A DNA stretch of 63,848 nucleotides, filler included, from Globobulimina sp. (taxonomy: Eukaryota), in assembly GCA_003354225.1 (NCBI GenBank). It is 42 parts of 42 records of this genome, joined end to end, with 100 filler letters (N's around TTAATTAATTAA, not from the genome) between each part and the next. Parts side by side here need not be neighbours in the genome. Positions count along the whole stretch, not along the records: positions 60,907 to 62,327 come from PIVH01016934.1; positions 62,428 to 63,848 come from PIVH01016935.1; 40 more parts are not named here. One strand, given 5' to 3'. The notes beneath the pieces were generated by a model that saw nothing but the letters and a program-made list of their open reading frames with translations, was not told the origin of the DNA and did not search any database. This document shows, in pieces, positions 62,218 to 63,848 of this stretch. The translations under genes were made by a program, and so were the position numbers. The stretch's first letter is position 1; the number at the start of each line of letters is the position of its first letter.

Positions 62218-62427
62218 TTTTGTTTTGTTTGTTGTGGGTGCTTTGACTGCAAGGATCTATACAAACGGTAAACAAACTGAAAATATACAAAAGTGGCCAA
62301 AATGAATCTGTTGCAGTTTAAATAGGCNNNNNNNNNNNNNNNNNNNNNNNNNNNNNNNNNNNNNNNNNNNNTTAATTAATTAANNNNNNNNNNNNNNNNN
62401 NNNNNNNNNNNNNNNNNNNNNNNNNNN

Positions 62428-62587
62428 CTTCCAATGCTAATGCTAATTGTTTCAAGCCGGATGATTTTATACCGTCATCGTTCACCACGAGTATGCGTGG
62501 TTTGCGTCCCACCTTCATATTGAATTGTGATGCAGGCGTTGGTGTTAATGGTTTGTCCTCCACGTACGTTGAAGATAATTGTGCCAT
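62428..62587 (-). CDS. surE: SurE-family 5'/3'-nucleotidase, N-terminus
   Basis: RILVVNDDGIKSSGLKQL motif. Confidence 0.8.
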
Positions 62588-62703
62588 TTAAAAATCGTCA
62601 AAAAAATTGTAAATAAATGCAATGAAAAAACATGCGATATTTGTTTTAGAGTGGATTTTCAAAACACAAATTCAGTTTGCATTCTTGTAAAATTTCTATC
62701 TTT

Positions 62704-63546
62704 TCACGATTTCCACTTAAAGATTTTGACGCTTAAAAATTTATTCGTCGCAGTTTCATCGGAAAAAGTAACTTTGGCACACTGCTTTTCAATGATTGTT
62801 TTTGCGGTTTGCCACGAGAACCTCACAATGGATGGATAACCAAATATAGTGTCCACATATTTTTGCATGAATGCTTTCGTTTTTTCGTGTCCGGGATAGC
62901 CATTTCCTAACCAATGCTCCTTTTCTTTTCCTTCCTCTTCTCCCTCAATGGCATTGTTTAAATGTTGTAAATTCTTTTCAATCCAATGCCAATTCTGCAA
63001 TATATCATCTCTGGTGACCTTGGCGCAGATACTCGCTGCGGATACAACCGGATAAATAGAATCTGCTTTTTTAGAAACAGTAAATCTGACATCAAAACCC
63101 ATGAAATGGTTCGCTAATTTTTGCTGATATGACTGTGGCGGACCAACTGTGTCCAAATAAACGTGTTTTAAATTGTAGCCCGCATTGATTGTGATTTGTA
63201 TTAAATGCATGGCCGAGTCATGAGATATTTCATTCAGAGAATGTCTGTTTTGCTGGATCATTGATTCCGACATCCAATCGGCGGGAATTGCATCAACAAC
63301 ATATTGTAAGTAATTGCATTCCTTTATCATTTGGAAGAGTTCTCTTCTTTTCTCATCAGTCAATTGCTTCGAATCGAACACTCCCGTTTTTTGTAAGTCA
63401 TCCAATTTATTTCGTGGACAAATACAGGCTCCGTATAACATCGCACCCAAAACAGGCCCTCTTCCGGCTTCGTCAATGCCCATTACCCACTCATCATTTT
63501 TATCATAATAATCATAGGCGTGCACAGTTTCTCCTTTCTTGGACAT
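62704..63546 (-). CDS. RNASEH2A: Ribonuclease H2 catalytic subunit A
   Basis: GIDEAGRGPVLG, DSKQLT, DTVG, KADSIYPVVSAASICAKVTRD and GYPG. Confidence 0.95.
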   Translation of the reverse strand: MSKKGETVHAYDYYDKNDEWVMGIDEAGRGPVLGAMLYGACICPRNKLDDLQKTGVFDSKQLTDEKRRELFQMIKECNYLQYVVDAIPADWMSESMIQQNRHSLNEISHDSAMHLIQITINAGYNLKHVYLDTVGPPQSYQQKLANHFMGFDVRFTVSKKADSIYPVVSAASICAKVTRDDILQNWHWIEKNLQHLNNAIEGEEEGKEKEHWLGNGYPGHEKTKAFMQKYVDTIFGYPSIVRFSWQTAKTIIEKQCAKVTFSDETATNKFLSVKIFKWKS

Positions 63547-63627
63547 TTTCTTTACTTAAACTTACAATTGCAAAACTCCAACATCTTTGAAAAAAACTAG
63601 TACCGTACATAGACCCGACGAGAAAAC

Positions 63628-63848
63628 ATGGGTTGTGTCAATGAGACAGCAAATTATGACAAAGATAAAACCATTACCGCAGAGAGACAAGACCATATTG
63701 GTTGTGTTGAATCAAAAGCCATTGATACCACACATAATCCACAAAATAAACCCATTACCGATGACTCAAAGCCAATTCATGATACAACGCCAAGTGATCA
63801 TGAAATAAAATATAAAGACGATGAAATTGATTTAAATCTATTCAAACA
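63628..63848 (+). CDS. N-terminus of a putatively acylated (MGC) protein, divergent from RNASEH2A
   Basis: ATG GGT TGT frame is open to the window end; starts about 80 bp from the RNASEH2A start. Confidence 0.45.
   Translation, partial: MGCVNETANYDKDKTITAERQDHIGCVESKAIDTTHNPQNKPITDDSKPIHDTTPSDHEIKYKDDEIDLNLFK

Noticed and set aside
1425-62427. Regularly spaced TTAATTAATTAA palindrome as a biological repeat or array
   Set aside because: Always embedded in N44 runs; it is an artificial six-frame-stop linker.

Overview
This window is not a continuous locus. It is 42 unrelated short contigs (1424 down to 1421 bp, apparently sorted by length) joined by an artificial 100-bp spacer (N44-TTAATTAATTAA-N44), so adjacency across spacers means nothing. 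Most contigs are AT-rich, gene-dense eukaryotic DNA with short GT-AG introns (mostly 50-75 nt). The gene repertoire (G-alpha, RGS, PPR, Kelch/RCC1 propellers, ART-like domain, axonemal dynein) suggests a rhizarian protist such as a foraminiferan; this is an inference. A few contigs look metazoan or nematode-like (MFS exon, intron-containing Polinton polymerase, PHD-type LINE ORF1), and one carries a bacterial-looking GAF fragment. Recognisable genes include a trans-3-hydroxyproline dehydratase, RPA1, MMS19, a homocysteine S-methyltransferase, a TUTase/PAP, RPL14, an FKBP, TrpRS, an SDR, glucosidase II alpha, 5-oxoprolinase, an old yellow enzyme, NOSIP, DNAH10-like dynein, RNase H2A and SurE. 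Mobile DNA comprises two CRE-like non-LTR retrotransposon RTs, a LINE ORF1, a Polinton/adintovirus pPolB and two TA-flanked MITEs. The most unusual signals are a GC-rich T-shaped palindrome with a degenerate inverted copy of its head, a spliceosomal intron in the pPolB, a recurring GY(I/L)R motif on three unrelated proteins, an ART-like domain and an intronised bacterial-type membrane protein. No complete novel multi-gene system can be demonstrated from contigs this short.
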